Shown here in pieces: positions 27,950 through 37,550 of a stretch of 64,000 nucleotides of DNA. Position 1 is the stretch's first letter; every line of letters begins with the position of its first letter. Both the position numbers and the translations under genes were made by a program. This stretch comes from Marinicella sp. (lineage in GTDB: Bacteria > Pseudomonadota > Gammaproteobacteria > Xanthomonadales > Marinicellaceae), in assembly GCA_965230295.1 (NCBI GenBank), contig OZ246001.1, positions 3,424,001 to 3,488,000 on the forward strand. Reading direction: 5' to 3'. Below the pieces are notes generated by a model. It was not told the DNA's origin. It searched no databases and worked only from the letters and a program-made list of their open reading frames with translations.

Positions 27950-29779
27950 TTATTGATTGGCTTTGGGGTGCAGAAAATCATAGATGGTTTGTGCCATTTT
28001 ATTGCTGATCCCGGATACTTGACTGATGTCTTCAAGGCTGGCCTTGTTCAGGCCTTGAATACCCCCGAAATGCTTCAGGATCTGATTGCGACGTTTTTGA
28101 CCAACTCCTGGAATGTCTTCTAAAGTTGAAGTGGTGCGCGATTTTTTATAGGCCTTGCGATGGCTCTTGATGGCAAAGCGATGGGCTTCATCACGAATGA
28201 ATTGAATCATCAATGACAACAAACCATGACTTTCCGGTTTGATGAACTGCTTGGTTTCAGGTAAATAAATGCGTTCTTCTCCGGCCGTGCGGTGATCATC
28301 CTTGGTCACTCCTATGACCCTGATTTCAGTGATGTTGTGTTCGGCCAGAATGGCCAGTGCTTGGTTGACTTGTCCTTTGCCTCCATCAATGACAAAAGCA
28401 TCAGGAAACCCCAGTTTGCTTTTCTGAATGCTGGCCAGGCGTTTCTCAATCACTTGCCTCATGGCCGCATAATCATCAGCTGCAGTGATGTTTTCCATGA
28501 TGTATTGACGGTATTGCTTTTTAACGGCGCCTTGCTCATCAAACACCACACATGAAGCTCTTGTGTGTTCGCCCATCTGATGGCTGATGTCAAAGCACTC
28601 AACGCGTTTAGGCACTTCATCAAAACCCAATTCAGAGACCCACAAAGCCCATTTGTTTTGCCAGGTTTGGTATTTGTTGGCCTTGATGGTGAGGGCATTG
28701 TTCATGTTTTCTTCGGTTTGTTTCAGCAATTTCAAGCGATTGCCTCTGGGTTTGGAGGTGAGAAACACCTTCTTTCCCTTGATGGCGCTGAGGATGTCAG
28801 CCATTTCATTTTTGTCACTGGGGTCGATGTTACTCAGGATAGCGTCAGCAGTGATCTGATCGTCATAGTATAAACCCATGAATGCATATAAAAAATCTGG
28901 CAAAGGAGTCTCTTTAGGTGTGGCTGGATAGTGATTTCGGTAGCCCATGAATTGTCCATTTCGCACAGTGCCAACAGTGGCGATATACAAATTACCTTGC
29001 TGGTTAACGGTGATTAAATCAAAGTTATCTTCCGGCAACAGTTCTACCGATTGTTTTGACTGGATCATGCGAATGGCTTTGATTTGATCACGAATGCTGG
29101 CCGCTTGTTCATATTGTTGTGCTTCTGCCGCGGCTTCCATTTTGGTCATCAATGAGTCAACCACTTGATTGGATTTGCCTTCGATGAAGTCAAAGGTGTA
29201 TTGCAGTTGTTGTTGATAATCCTCCTGGCTCACATAGCCGACACATGGGGCCGTACAGCGATTGATTTGGTGTTGTAAACAAGGTCTGGATCGATTTTGA
29301 TAGGTACTGTTGTTACATTGTCTGACTTTGAATACTTTTTGTAAGAAATGCAACGAATTGCGGACATAGGCGGCACTGGGAAATGGTCCAAAGAATCGCC
29401 CTTTGGCTTGTTTTTTTCCTCGACGAAACTCTAACAAAGGAAATTCATCGACACCTTCTGAACAATAAATATAGGGATACGACTTGCCGTCTTTGAGCAG
29501 GACGTTATATCTAGGGTTGTGTTTTTTGATCAGTTGATTTTCCAGCAGCAAAGCTTCTGCTTCTGATCGTGTGATGTGAAAGGCCATGTGGTCAATGGCA
29601 GCGACCAGGGCCATGGTTTTGTTGTCTTTGGCCTTACCTGTAAAGTAACTGCCCACCCGGTTTTTCAGGACCCGTGCTTTGCCCACATAAATGACTTCAT
29701 CAGCGGCGTCAAACATTTGGTAAACACCAGGAGATTTGGGTAAGTTTTTAACAAACTTTTTGTGGTCAAATGCCGCCAT
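27950..29779 (-). CDS. uvrC: Excinuclease ABC subunit C
   Basis: GIY-YIG PGVY..YVGKA, UVR domain, ECFDISH, IDGGKGQ, RDEAHRFA, HhH. Confidence 0.97.
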   Translation of the reverse strand: MAAFDHKKFVKNLPKSPGVYQMFDAADEVIYVGKARVLKNRVGSYFTGKAKDNKTMALVAAIDHMAFHITRSEAEALLLENQLIKKHNPRYNVLLKDGKSYPYIYCSEGVDEFPLLEFRRGKKQAKGRFFGPFPSAAYVRNSLHFLQKVFKVRQCNNSTYQNRSRPCLQHQINRCTAPCVGYVSQEDYQQQLQYTFDFIEGKSNQVVDSLMTKMEAAAEAQQYEQAASIRDQIKAIRMIQSKQSVELLPEDNFDLITVNQQGNLYIATVGTVRNGQFMGYRNHYPATPKETPLPDFLYAFMGLYYDDQITADAILSNIDPSDKNEMADILSAIKGKKVFLTSKPRGNRLKLLKQTEENMNNALTIKANKYQTWQNKWALWVSELGFDEVPKRVECFDISHQMGEHTRASCVVFDEQGAVKKQYRQYIMENITAADDYAAMRQVIEKRLASIQKSKLGFPDAFVIDGGKGQVNQALAILAEHNITEIRVIGVTKDDHRTAGEERIYLPETKQFIKPESHGLLSLMIQFIRDEAHRFAIKSHRKAYKKSRTTSTLEDIPGVGQKRRNQILKHFGGIQGLNKASLEDISQVSGISNKMAQTIYDFLHPKANQ

Positions 29780-29784
29780 CCAGA

Positions 29785-30198
29785 TTACAAATTGGCTTCA
29801 ACCCAACCAGATTCTCCATTGCTGTATTGTTCGTTTTTCCAAATAGGTACTTCGGCTTTGGTTTGGTTCAAAATATACTCACAAGCTTCAAATGCGGCTT
29901 TGCGGTGGTTGGCAGAGACACCTACCCACACCGCCATATCTCCAACTTTCAATTCACCAACACGGTGGCAACAACAGGCCTCATTGATGTCAAATTTTTT
30001 CATCGCGTTGTTGATGATTTGTTGGCCTACTTTTACAGCCAGCTTTTCATGGGCTTCATAATGCAGTTCAACGACGTCTTTGTTTTCATTGTGGTTGCGA
30101 ACCCAGCCTTCAAAACAAACGAAACCGCCGCTTTTCGGGTTTGTGGTTTGGGCTTTAAGTGCTTCAGGGTCAATGGGTAGTTTGCTTAAAGTAAACAT
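29785..30198 (-). CDS. moaE: Molybdopterin synthase catalytic subunit
   Basis: F.G.VRNHN, L.YEA, HRVG.L.VG, HR..AF.AC, K..VPIWK.E. Confidence 0.95.
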   Translation of the reverse strand: MFTLSKLPIDPEALKAQTTNPKSGGFVCFEGWVRNHNENKDVVELHYEAHEKLAVKVGQQIINNAMKKFDINEACCCHRVGELKVGDMAVWVGVSANHRKAAFEACEYILNQTKAEVPIWKNEQYSNGESGWVEANL

Positions 30199-30438
30199 TC
30201 ATCCTCCTGCAGCTGGTGGGAACAGTCCAATCACATCATTGGCTGCAACTGTGACATGCCAATCACTGAATTCATCATTCAAAATCGGTTTGATGACAGC
30301 TTGGCTTGGTTCAACCTGATGCGATTGGCACAATTCAAGATAGATGCCCTCAATGGTCTTTTGTTCGGTGTCGAACTGGATGATGCTGTTATTAAATTGC
30401 GCTTTCAAACGCCCATAGAGTTCTATTTTTATTTGCAT
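30199..30438 (-). CDS. moaD: Molybdopterin synthase sulfur carrier
   Basis: 79 aa ending FPPAAGG. Confidence 0.92.
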   Translation of the reverse strand: MQIKIELYGRLKAQFNNSIIQFDTEQKTIEGIYLELCQSHQVEPSQAVIKPILNDEFSDWHVTVAANDVIGLFPPAAGG

Positions 30439-30920
30439 GGCAGTTCTGCAGTGTAGGTGGATTTACCACCCGTTTTACTGATCAATTTGGTTTCACAGAT
30501 GGTGATGTTGTGGCTCATGGCTTTACACATGTCATATATCGTCAATGCAGCCACTGAGGCTCCTGTCAAAGCTTCCATTTCAACACCAGTTTTTGAATTG
30601 ATTTTGCATTCACAACGGATGACAACATCCTGGTTATGATCAGATTGAATGTTGATTTTGCAGTTCTCAATGGCTATGGGATGACAGAAAGGGATCAGTT
30701 CATGGGTTTTTTTTGCGGCCATCACCCCGGCGATGATTGCGGTTTGAAACACCGGTCCTTTTTTGCTCTGAATATCACCGTTTTGAAACATCTTTTTGAT
30801 GTTCTCAGGTAGCTTGACCGTGGTTTCAGCCACGGCCAATCGGGTGGTCACATTTTTATCACTGACATCCACCATGGTGGGTTGGTTATTACTGTCCAAG
30901 TGAGTGAGTTCGTTTGCCAT
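30429..30920 (-). CDS. moaC: Cyclic pyranopterin monophosphate synthase
   Basis: LTH.D...MVDV..K, LIPFCHP, TGVEMEAL, YDMCK. Confidence 0.96.
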   Translation of the reverse strand: MANELTHLDSNNQPTMVDVSDKNVTTRLAVAETTVKLPENIKKMFQNGDIQSKKGPVFQTAIIAGVMAAKKTHELIPFCHPIAIENCKINIQSDHNQDVVIRCECKINSKTGVEMEALTGASVAALTIYDMCKAMSHNITICETKLISKTGGKSTYTAELPCK

Positions 30921-30922
30921 AA

Positions 30923-31930
30923 CTATCCCCCGATCACAAACATTTCGATTTTTGGCCTGGCATGCTTTTGCAGCTCAGTTCTTTTCATTGAATACTGATC
31001 TTTGCGTTGTTGCCAAATTTGTGCGACTTGATTTTGTAACGCCAGAGGTTGTTCTAAATAGGGCTTGATGTTGTGGCCCTGGTCGCTGAATAAACAGGTG
31101 TAAATGTGACCATTGGTACCGAGTCTGGCTCGATTGCAATCGCCACAAAACGGCTGGCTGATTGATGAGATTAACCCAAACTCTCCTGATCCATCATCGA
31201 AAGAATAGCGGTTGGCGACCTCGCCTGGAGCTGTGGGTTCCTCTGTTGAAAATTGCCATTTCTTTTCGATCAGGTTCAAGACCTGTTTGGATTCAAAAAC
31301 TTTTCCTGATTCCCATTGGTTGATGTTTCCTACATCCATGAATTCTATGAATCTGGGTACCACTCGAGACCCTCTGAAGTAATCAAGTATGGGGATGATT
31401 TGGTCTTCGTTGACATCTTTTTGTACCACACAATTCAGTTTGATTTTTTTAATGGCACTTTGTTCGCATAATTTAATGATGCGCAACAATTCCTTCACCT
31501 GGTAATTGGTGCCAGTGATTTGTTCAAACAATTTTTGTTCTATGGCATCCATACTGATGGTGATGCGGTCCAGACCAGCGGCAATCAGAGGCTCCAGGTG
31601 GGGTTCAAGTAAGGCAGCGTTGGTGGTTAAGGCCACGTCGTTGATGCCATCAATGGCTTTGAGTCTGCGAACCAAATCAGGCACTTTTTTGCGCAGCAGT
31701 GGTTCTCCACCGGTTAACCTGATTTTATTGACCCCGACTAAGGCAAAAGCTTCAACAGTGGTGATGATTTCATCAAAACTCAGGTGATTTTCAGGTCGGC
31801 TTTGTTGGCGCATGACATCCACATGTTCGGCGGGCAAGCAATAGCGACAACGGAATTGACAGCGGTCAGTCAAAGAGATACGCAAGTCTCTGACCGTTCT
31901 ACCCAGTTGATCTGTGGTGTTATGATTCAT
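30923..31930 (-). CDS. moaA: GTP 3',8-cyclase (radical SAM)
   Basis: LRISLTDRCQFRCRYC, LTGGEPLLR, FCGDCNR.RL, C-terminal IGG; start 31930 or 31939. Confidence 0.96.
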   Translation of the reverse strand: MNHNTTDQLGRTVRDLRISLTDRCQFRCRYCLPAEHVDVMRQQSRPENHLSFDEIITTVEAFALVGVNKIRLTGGEPLLRKKVPDLVRRLKAIDGINDVALTTNAALLEPHLEPLIAAGLDRITISMDAIEQKLFEQITGTNYQVKELLRIIKLCEQSAIKKIKLNCVVQKDVNEDQIIPILDYFRGSRVVPRFIEFMDVGNINQWESGKVFESKQVLNLIEKKWQFSTEEPTAPGEVANRYSFDDGSGEFGLISSISQPFCGDCNRARLGTNGHIYTCLFSDQGHNIKPYLEQPLALQNQVAQIWQQRKDQYSMKRTELQKHARPKIEMFVIGG

Positions 31931-32624
31931 GGTATGCATTCAATAATTGTTGCCAGTTTTCTTTCAAGTCATGATCACAGCTTTTACCTGATTCTTTTTC
32001 TATTGATCTTTTAAGTCGATTCAGATTGCTTTGTTGCCAAGCAGATCTGGGTGTTCTGATCTTGCCTTTATCAAAGTCAATCAAATAGACCTCATCTCCT
32101 GCCAATAAAATGTTGTTGGCATTCAAATCAGCATGGTAAATGCCTTGGTTGTGGAATTTCTTGATCACCGCACCAATTCTAACCCAAATGTTGTTGTCAT
32201 CATTGATTTCAGTCAAATATTGCGCAAAAGTCTGATCATGCTTGATGTGTTCCATGATGAGGTCATTGCGATAAAACAAACCTCTTTTTATGACTTTGGC
32301 AGCCACTGGTCTGGGGCTGGGTAAATCCAAGACCTGTAAATGGAGCAATAATTTAAACTCTTTCACGGCTCTGGTTTTGTTGATGCCCGTCCACAAATAA
32401 CTGTCTTTACTGATTTTGGCATACAGGCCACCTCTGAAGTAATGACGCAGCACCCACTTGCCCAATTCAGATTTGATGATCCATGCTGAACCGCGACCTG
32501 AGTTGGCCCCCAATAAACGGCCTTGGTTCAACCAAAATGCCTGCTCAAACCATGCTTTTTCTATCATGGGTTTGACGGCTTCTTGGCATAAAATCCACAG
32601 ATTGTTTTTTTTGATGGCTTGCAA
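31920..32624 (-). CDS. kdkA: 3-deoxy-D-manno-octulosonic acid kinase
   Basis: SGRG..W, LRHY.RGG, HADLNA.NIL, IDFDKG, NL.RL.RS. Confidence 0.92.
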   Translation of the reverse strand: MQAIKKNNLWILCQEAVKPMIEKAWFEQAFWLNQGRLLGANSGRGSAWIIKSELGKWVLRHYFRGGLYAKISKDSYLWTGINKTRAVKEFKLLLHLQVLDLPSPRPVAAKVIKRGLFYRNDLIMEHIKHDQTFAQYLTEINDDNNIWVRIGAVIKKFHNQGIYHADLNANNILLAGDEVYLIDFDKGKIRTPRSAWQQSNLNRLKRSIEKESGKSCDHDLKENWQQLLNAYHES

Positions 32625-32678
32625 AATAGATTTGTAAAACTATGGTGATAGAATGTGCTATTTTAGTTGATTTTATCA

Positions 32679-33743
32679 ATGACAACAATGCAAGTCGAAG
32701 TGCCCAAAACAATTTGTATTTTCCGCATATCTGCGATCGGGGATGTGACTCATGTGGTGCCAGTGGTCAAAACAATCCAAGCCAAATACCCGGGTGCAAA
32801 ACTGACCTGGATCATTGGGAAGCTTGAACATCGTTTGCTGAAAGGGTTACCTGGGGTTGAGTTCATTGAATTCAATAAATCTGCTGGGTGGGCTGGTCTT
32901 CAATCACTAAAAAGCCAACTCAAAGGCAGGCGTTTTGATGTCTTGTTACAAATGCAGTTGTCATTCAGGGCCAATCTGGTTTCGCGTTTCATCAAAGCCA
33001 AGCGCAGGATAGGCTTTGATAAAATCAGAAGCAAAGAATTACATGGTATAGCGATCAATGAGCGCATTCCATATCTACACCATTGCCACGTGTTAGATGG
33101 CTTGATGCAATTCGCTGAATACCTTGGTTGTGAAGCACTTTTGCATGACTGGCTTATCCCTGTGAGTATGACAGATCAACAGTGGGCTATAGCCCGGTTA
33201 AAGACAGGGCAACCCAATGTCATCATCAGCCCCTGTTCAAGTCATGAACTGAGAAATTGGTCCAACGAACAATATGCCCGGTTGGCTGATTATTTGGTGA
33301 CAGAATACCAGGCTCATGTGATCTTGACAGGCAGTCCGTCACCCAAGGAAAAAGCCACGGTCAATGCGATTGAACAATTGTGTCAGCATCCAGTGACCAA
33401 CCTGGCTGGACAAGACACCTTAAAGCAGCTGTTGAGTTTGATGCAACAGGCAGACTTGGTCATTTCACCAGATTCTGGTCCGTTGCACATGGCGGGCAGT
33501 GTGGGTACACCAGTGATTGGTTTATTGGCTGCCAGTAATTACCTGCGCTCGGGCTCTTATCAATACCCGGAACTCACAGTAGATGCTTATCCAGCGGCTT
33601 GTTTGAAATATCTGAACAAGCCAGTTGATGCGGTCAAGTGGGGGACCAAGACCGAATTTGAGGGCGCCATGGATTTGATCAGTCTTGATGCTGTGATGCG
33701 TAAGGTCGTATTGGCTGACGAAAAGTTTGGCTGGTCAGGTTGA
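32679..33743 (+). CDS. Glycosyltransferase family 9 (LPS heptosyltransferase-like)
   Basis: R.SAIGDV.H, DSGP.H.A...GTPVIGL; divergent from kdkA; start uncertain (32667-32688). Confidence 0.9.
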   Translation: MTTMQVEVPKTICIFRISAIGDVTHVVPVVKTIQAKYPGAKLTWIIGKLEHRLLKGLPGVEFIEFNKSAGWAGLQSLKSQLKGRRFDVLLQMQLSFRANLVSRFIKAKRRIGFDKIRSKELHGIAINERIPYLHHCHVLDGLMQFAEYLGCEALLHDWLIPVSMTDQQWAIARLKTGQPNVIISPCSSHELRNWSNEQYARLADYLVTEYQAHVILTGSPSPKEKATVNAIEQLCQHPVTNLAGQDTLKQLLSLMQQADLVISPDSGPLHMAGSVGTPVIGLLAASNYLRSGSYQYPELTVDAYPAACLKYLNKPVDAVKWGTKTEFEGAMDLISLDAVMRKVVLADEKFGWSG

Positions 33744-33760
33744 GCCTTTTGGTTTTGATT

Positions 33761-33878
33761 GTCATCCTGAGTGAAGCGCGAGCGGAATCGAAGGATCTGG
33801 TGATGATTTCGTGATTTTATGGCTAAAACGCTCTTTTGTGTGAAGAGATTCCTCCACTCGTACCTCAGTCGGAATGAC
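33761..33878. repeat. Inverted doublet of REP-like palindromes
   Basis: GTCATCCTGAG...GAAGGATCT (33761-33798) and GAGATTCCTCCACTCG...GTCGGAATGAC (33845-33878) between convergent genes. Confidence 0.75.
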
Positions 33879-33907
33879 TGAAAATCAGCAAATTTTAATT
33901 TTCAGGA

Positions 33908-34477
33908 TTAATTTCGAGTACCACAGCCATCAATGCGATCATCCGTCGTGGTATCGGCATGTAAATGCTCAACAAAATTACATGGCTTATGGGTACTGTC
34001 TAACTGTTCTTTGAGTATGCTTTCCCAAGCGGTTCGACAGGCATTGGTTGAACCTGGCATGCATGCAATGAGGGTACCATTGGCCATCCCGGCCAGTGCT
34101 CTGGACTGTACAGTTGAAGTGCCAATTTCACCGTAAGATATGTGCCTGAACAATTCTCCAAAACCAGGTACATCTGCCACAAATAATGGTTCAACGGCTT
34201 GTGGTGTGTTGTCTCTTTGGGTAAATCCGGTTCCACCGGTGATCAATACAACCTGAACATCAGCACGGTAAATCCAGTCTGAAACCACAGCCCTGATATG
34301 GAATAAGTCGTCTTTGATGATTTTCCTGTCTGCCAAATGGTGACCGGCTTCGATCAGTTTATCCTGTAACAGCTGTCCAGAAGTGTCGGTGTCTTCATTG
34401 CGGGTGTCACTGACTGTCAAAACGGCTATTTTCAGCGGTTTGAAAGTTGAATTGCTTAAGTGTGAGCTCATGGTCAT
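33908..34477 (-). CDS. moaB: Molybdenum cofactor biosynthesis protein B
   Basis: IAVLTVSDTR, D.SG, TGGTG...RD.TP, PGFGELFR..S, PGST.AC..AW..I...QLD....PCNF. Confidence 0.95.
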   Translation of the reverse strand: MTMSSHLSNSTFKPLKIAVLTVSDTRNEDTDTSGQLLQDKLIEAGHHLADRKIIKDDLFHIRAVVSDWIYRADVQVVLITGGTGFTQRDNTPQAVEPLFVADVPGFGELFRHISYGEIGTSTVQSRALAGMANGTLIACMPGSTNACRTAWESILKEQLDSTHKPCNFVEHLHADTTTDDRIDGCGTRN

Positions 34478-34529
34478 ATTATATTGATACTGTGTGACTA
34501 TTATAATTTAAGTTCGATGAAAGGGTTTT

Positions 34530-34565
34530 AAAAAAGGCCTTCAATTTGTGAGTTTCGAAGGCCTT
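34530..34565 (-). terminator. Intrinsic terminator after narI
   Basis: AAGGCCTTC...GAAGGCCTT stem followed by a T-run on the minus strand. Confidence 0.7.
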
Positions 34566-34591
34566 CATTCATTGTGGTTTAATGGTGAGTA

Positions 34592-35263
34592 TTATCCTCG
34601 TTTTCTGACCACTTGATACCCTTTGCGAAACAGGTACTTAGCCGGTGCACTCCAGACATGGACCAGACGGGTGAATGGAAACACCAAAAACATGGTCAAG
34701 CCCAAAAAGATGTGCAGCTTGAAAATCATCGCTTCATGCACAATGAAATCAGCAGCACCTGATCTGAAGGTAACGATGTGCTGGGCCCAATTGGCCAACG
34801 CAATCATAGAACTGCCATCAGGGTGTTGAGCAGAGGCGGGTATGGTTAACAGACCCAGAATCAATTGCACAAACAGCAACAACAAAATAAAAAGGTCAGA
34901 AAACTTGGTGGTGGCCTTGACCCTTGGATTGGTTAAGCGGCGGTGGATCAAGATGACCATGCCAACAAAACAAATGGTACCAAAGATACCACCGGCAACC
35001 ATCGCCATCATTTGTTTGGTCGCTGCTGACATGAAAATATGGTAGATGCTTTCAGGCATCAACAGCCCAACCAAATGGCCAAAAAACAACAATATGATCC
35101 CCACATGGAACAGGTTACTGCCCAAGCGCATGCCTTTGGATGAAAGCATTTGGCTGGAACTGGCTTTCCACGTGTATTGATCACGGTCATACCTGAAAAT
35201 ACTACCGAGTAAAAACACGGTAATGGCAATGTACGGATAGATTCCAAATAAAAATTCATTCAT
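34592..35263 (-). CDS. narI: Respiratory nitrate reductase gamma subunit (cytochrome b)
   Basis: RYD..QYTWK..SSQ, FH.GI..GH, H..LG...F..FPFTRLVH. Confidence 0.97.
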   Translation of the reverse strand: MNEFLFGIYPYIAITVFLLGSIFRYDRDQYTWKASSSQMLSSKGMRLGSNLFHVGIILLFFGHLVGLLMPESIYHIFMSAATKQMMAMVAGGIFGTICFVGMVILIHRRLTNPRVKATTKFSDLFILLLLFVQLILGLLTIPASAQHPDGSSMIALANWAQHIVTFRSGAADFIVHEAMIFKLHIFLGLTMFLVFPFTRLVHVWSAPAKYLFRKGYQVVRKRG

Positions 35264-35967
35264 GACATGGCTCCGGTTGAATTAAAGGGGTGACCTTTGG
35301 ACTCTTGAATGTTGACTTTGATTTTTTGGTTCAAGTAATTGCGTGACTTGAATGGGTTTTTACCAAAGGCTTCTGGTTCAACCCATTGTTTATCAATGTC
35401 TTCGAAACTGACATCGTCTTGTTCTTGGGCCACCATTTGTTTGATTTCTTTCCTGTTGACCTTGCCCTTACTGAGTTCGGTCAAGGCGGCAAAAGCATGT
35501 TTATAATCCAGTTTCTTCTTGGCCAGTCTTTCTTTGACCAGCATCAAAACCTTGGCCGTTTCGCCCAGGACTTGACTGGCCTCTGCAGGCGTTCCTGAAG
35601 ATAAAAACTCCAAAAACACCGGCAAATGGTCAGGCAGTTCCGAGGTGGCAATGCCATAACCATTGGCGCTGTACATTTCCATCAAATCAATCATGGCTTG
35701 TCCACGGTCTCTGGATTCTCCATGGATGTGTTCAAACAAATGCAACGAATGTGCAGGGCCACGATCAAAAGTGGCCACATAGTATTCCTGCAGCTCGATC
35801 AAATCATCTGCCTCTAAACGGTCCATCAATTGGCTCAAGCCTTTGATTTTGGCTTTGGATAACAGCTTCTCTTCTTCCAAGACCTGTCTGAATTCGCCCA
35901 AATGATCAAGCCATTCTTGTCTGGGGTAGCTGAGTAATAAACTGAGTACTTTATATGTTTTCATCAT
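35260..35967 (-). CDS. narJ: Nitrate reductase molybdenum cofactor assembly chaperone
   Basis: LL.YP, YV.TFD, LFEH.HGESRDRGQAM, ELPD.LP.FLEF. Confidence 0.95.
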   Translation of the reverse strand: MMKTYKVLSLLLSYPRQEWLDHLGEFRQVLEEEKLLSKAKIKGLSQLMDRLEADDLIELQEYYVATFDRGPAHSLHLFEHIHGESRDRGQAMIDLMEMYSANGYGIATSELPDHLPVFLEFLSSGTPAEASQVLGETAKVLMLVKERLAKKKLDYKHAFAALTELSKGKVNRKEIKQMVAQEQDDVSFEDIDKQWVEPEAFGKNPFKSRNYLNQKIKVNIQESKGHPFNSTGAMS

Positions 35968-37550
35968 GACTCCTTAGGCAATTCGTTGCTGTTTTGACCC
36001 CTGACCTTACCGTTCATGGTGTTCTTTTGTTTGGTCGAATCAAAAATGTTGAGTTTGAGTTTGCTGCCAGCACCACCATGACAGCCGTTACCGAAACTGA
36101 AACCACAAGAACCACGGTTTTCAAATGCCATTTCATTATCGAAAGGTGTTTCACCTGAGTATTCACGGTGATTGGTGGGGATTACAAAGCGATCTTCATA
36201 GTTAGCTAGTGCAATGGAGCGGTACATTTCATCCATCATTGGTTCATCGACACCATGGTCTTTCAATAACTCAAGGTCAGTGACACCATCAACCGTTTTA
36301 CGACGCATGAATTCCCTGAGCAACATGATGCGTTCCAGGCCCAATCTGATGGGCTCGGTCTGGCCGGCAGTTAACAAGTTGGCCAAGTATTTAACGGGTA
36401 TTCTGAGCTCATCCATTTTGGGGAATACCCCATCGGAGGAAATCAACCCTTTTTGCATGGCTGTTTTGATTGGTGACAAGGGAGGTACATACCAAACCAT
36501 CGGTAAAGTGCGGTATTCAGGATGTAATGGAAAAGCAATTTTCCATTCCATTGCCATTTTATAAACAGGCGATTTCTTGGCAGCTTCAATCCAAGCCATG
36601 GGCACACCGTCAGCCAAAGCTTGTTTTTGAACTTCCGGATCGTTGGGATCAAGAAAGATGTCCAATTGTGATTGGTACAGGTCTCCTTCATCTTCGATGC
36701 TGGCGGCTTCACCAATTTTATCGGCATCGTAAAGCATGACACCCAGGTACCGGATCCGACCCACGCAGGTTTCAGAGCATACTGTAGGTTCACCTGCTTC
36801 AATTCTGGGGTAACAGAAGGTGCATTTTTCAGATTTACCACTTTCCCAGTTGAAATAGATCTTTTTGTATGGACAACCACTGACACACATACGCCAGCCA
36901 CGACATTTATCCTGGTCGATCAGGACGATACCATCTTCTTCACGTTTATAAATCGCGCCTGAAGGACAGGTGGCCACACAGGACGGATTCAGACAATGCT
37001 CACACAAGCGTGGCAGGTACATCATGAAGGTCTCTTCAAACTGGCCGTAGATTTCCTTTTCTATCTCAGAAAAGTTGTAATCTTTGCTGCGCTTTGAAAA
37101 TTCACCACCCAATATTTCTTCCCAGTTGGGACCTTTATCGGGTTTTTCCATTTTTTCACCAGTCAAAGCAGAGTGAGCCCGTGCTGTGGGTGGTGTTTCT
37201 ACTTCCGGGGCATTTTGCAAGTGTGCATAATCGAAGGTAAAGGGTTCATAATAATCATCGATTTCAGGCAAGTCAGGATTGGCAAAGATTTTACTGAGCA
37301 ATTTCAATTTGCCGCCCATTTTGGGTCGGATTTTGCCATTCTTCAGCCGTTCCCAGCCGCCGTTCCATTTGGCCTGATTCTCCCAGTCATCCGGGTAACC
37401 AATACCAGGTTTGGTTTCAACGTTATTAAACCAGGCGTATTCAACCCCTTCACGAGAAGTCCAGACATTTTTACAAGTCACAGAACAAGTATGACAACCA
37501 ATACATTTGTCCAAGTTTAGGACTTTACCTATTTGTGCTCTTATTTTCAT
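35964..37550 (-). CDS. narH: Respiratory nitrate reductase beta subunit
   Basis: MKIRAQ..VLNLDKCIGCHTCSVTCKNVW; four Fe-S Cys groups. Confidence 0.98.
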   Translation of the reverse strand: MKIRAQIGKVLNLDKCIGCHTCSVTCKNVWTSREGVEYAWFNNVETKPGIGYPDDWENQAKWNGGWERLKNGKIRPKMGGKLKLLSKIFANPDLPEIDDYYEPFTFDYAHLQNAPEVETPPTARAHSALTGEKMEKPDKGPNWEEILGGEFSKRSKDYNFSEIEKEIYGQFEETFMMYLPRLCEHCLNPSCVATCPSGAIYKREEDGIVLIDQDKCRGWRMCVSGCPYKKIYFNWESGKSEKCTFCYPRIEAGEPTVCSETCVGRIRYLGVMLYDADKIGEAASIEDEGDLYQSQLDIFLDPNDPEVQKQALADGVPMAWIEAAKKSPVYKMAMEWKIAFPLHPEYRTLPMVWYVPPLSPIKTAMQKGLISSDGVFPKMDELRIPVKYLANLLTAGQTEPIRLGLERIMLLREFMRRKTVDGVTDLELLKDHGVDEPMMDEMYRSIALANYEDRFVIPTNHREYSGETPFDNEMAFENRGSCGFSFGNGCHGGAGSKLKLNIFDSTKQKNTMNGKVRGQNSNELPKES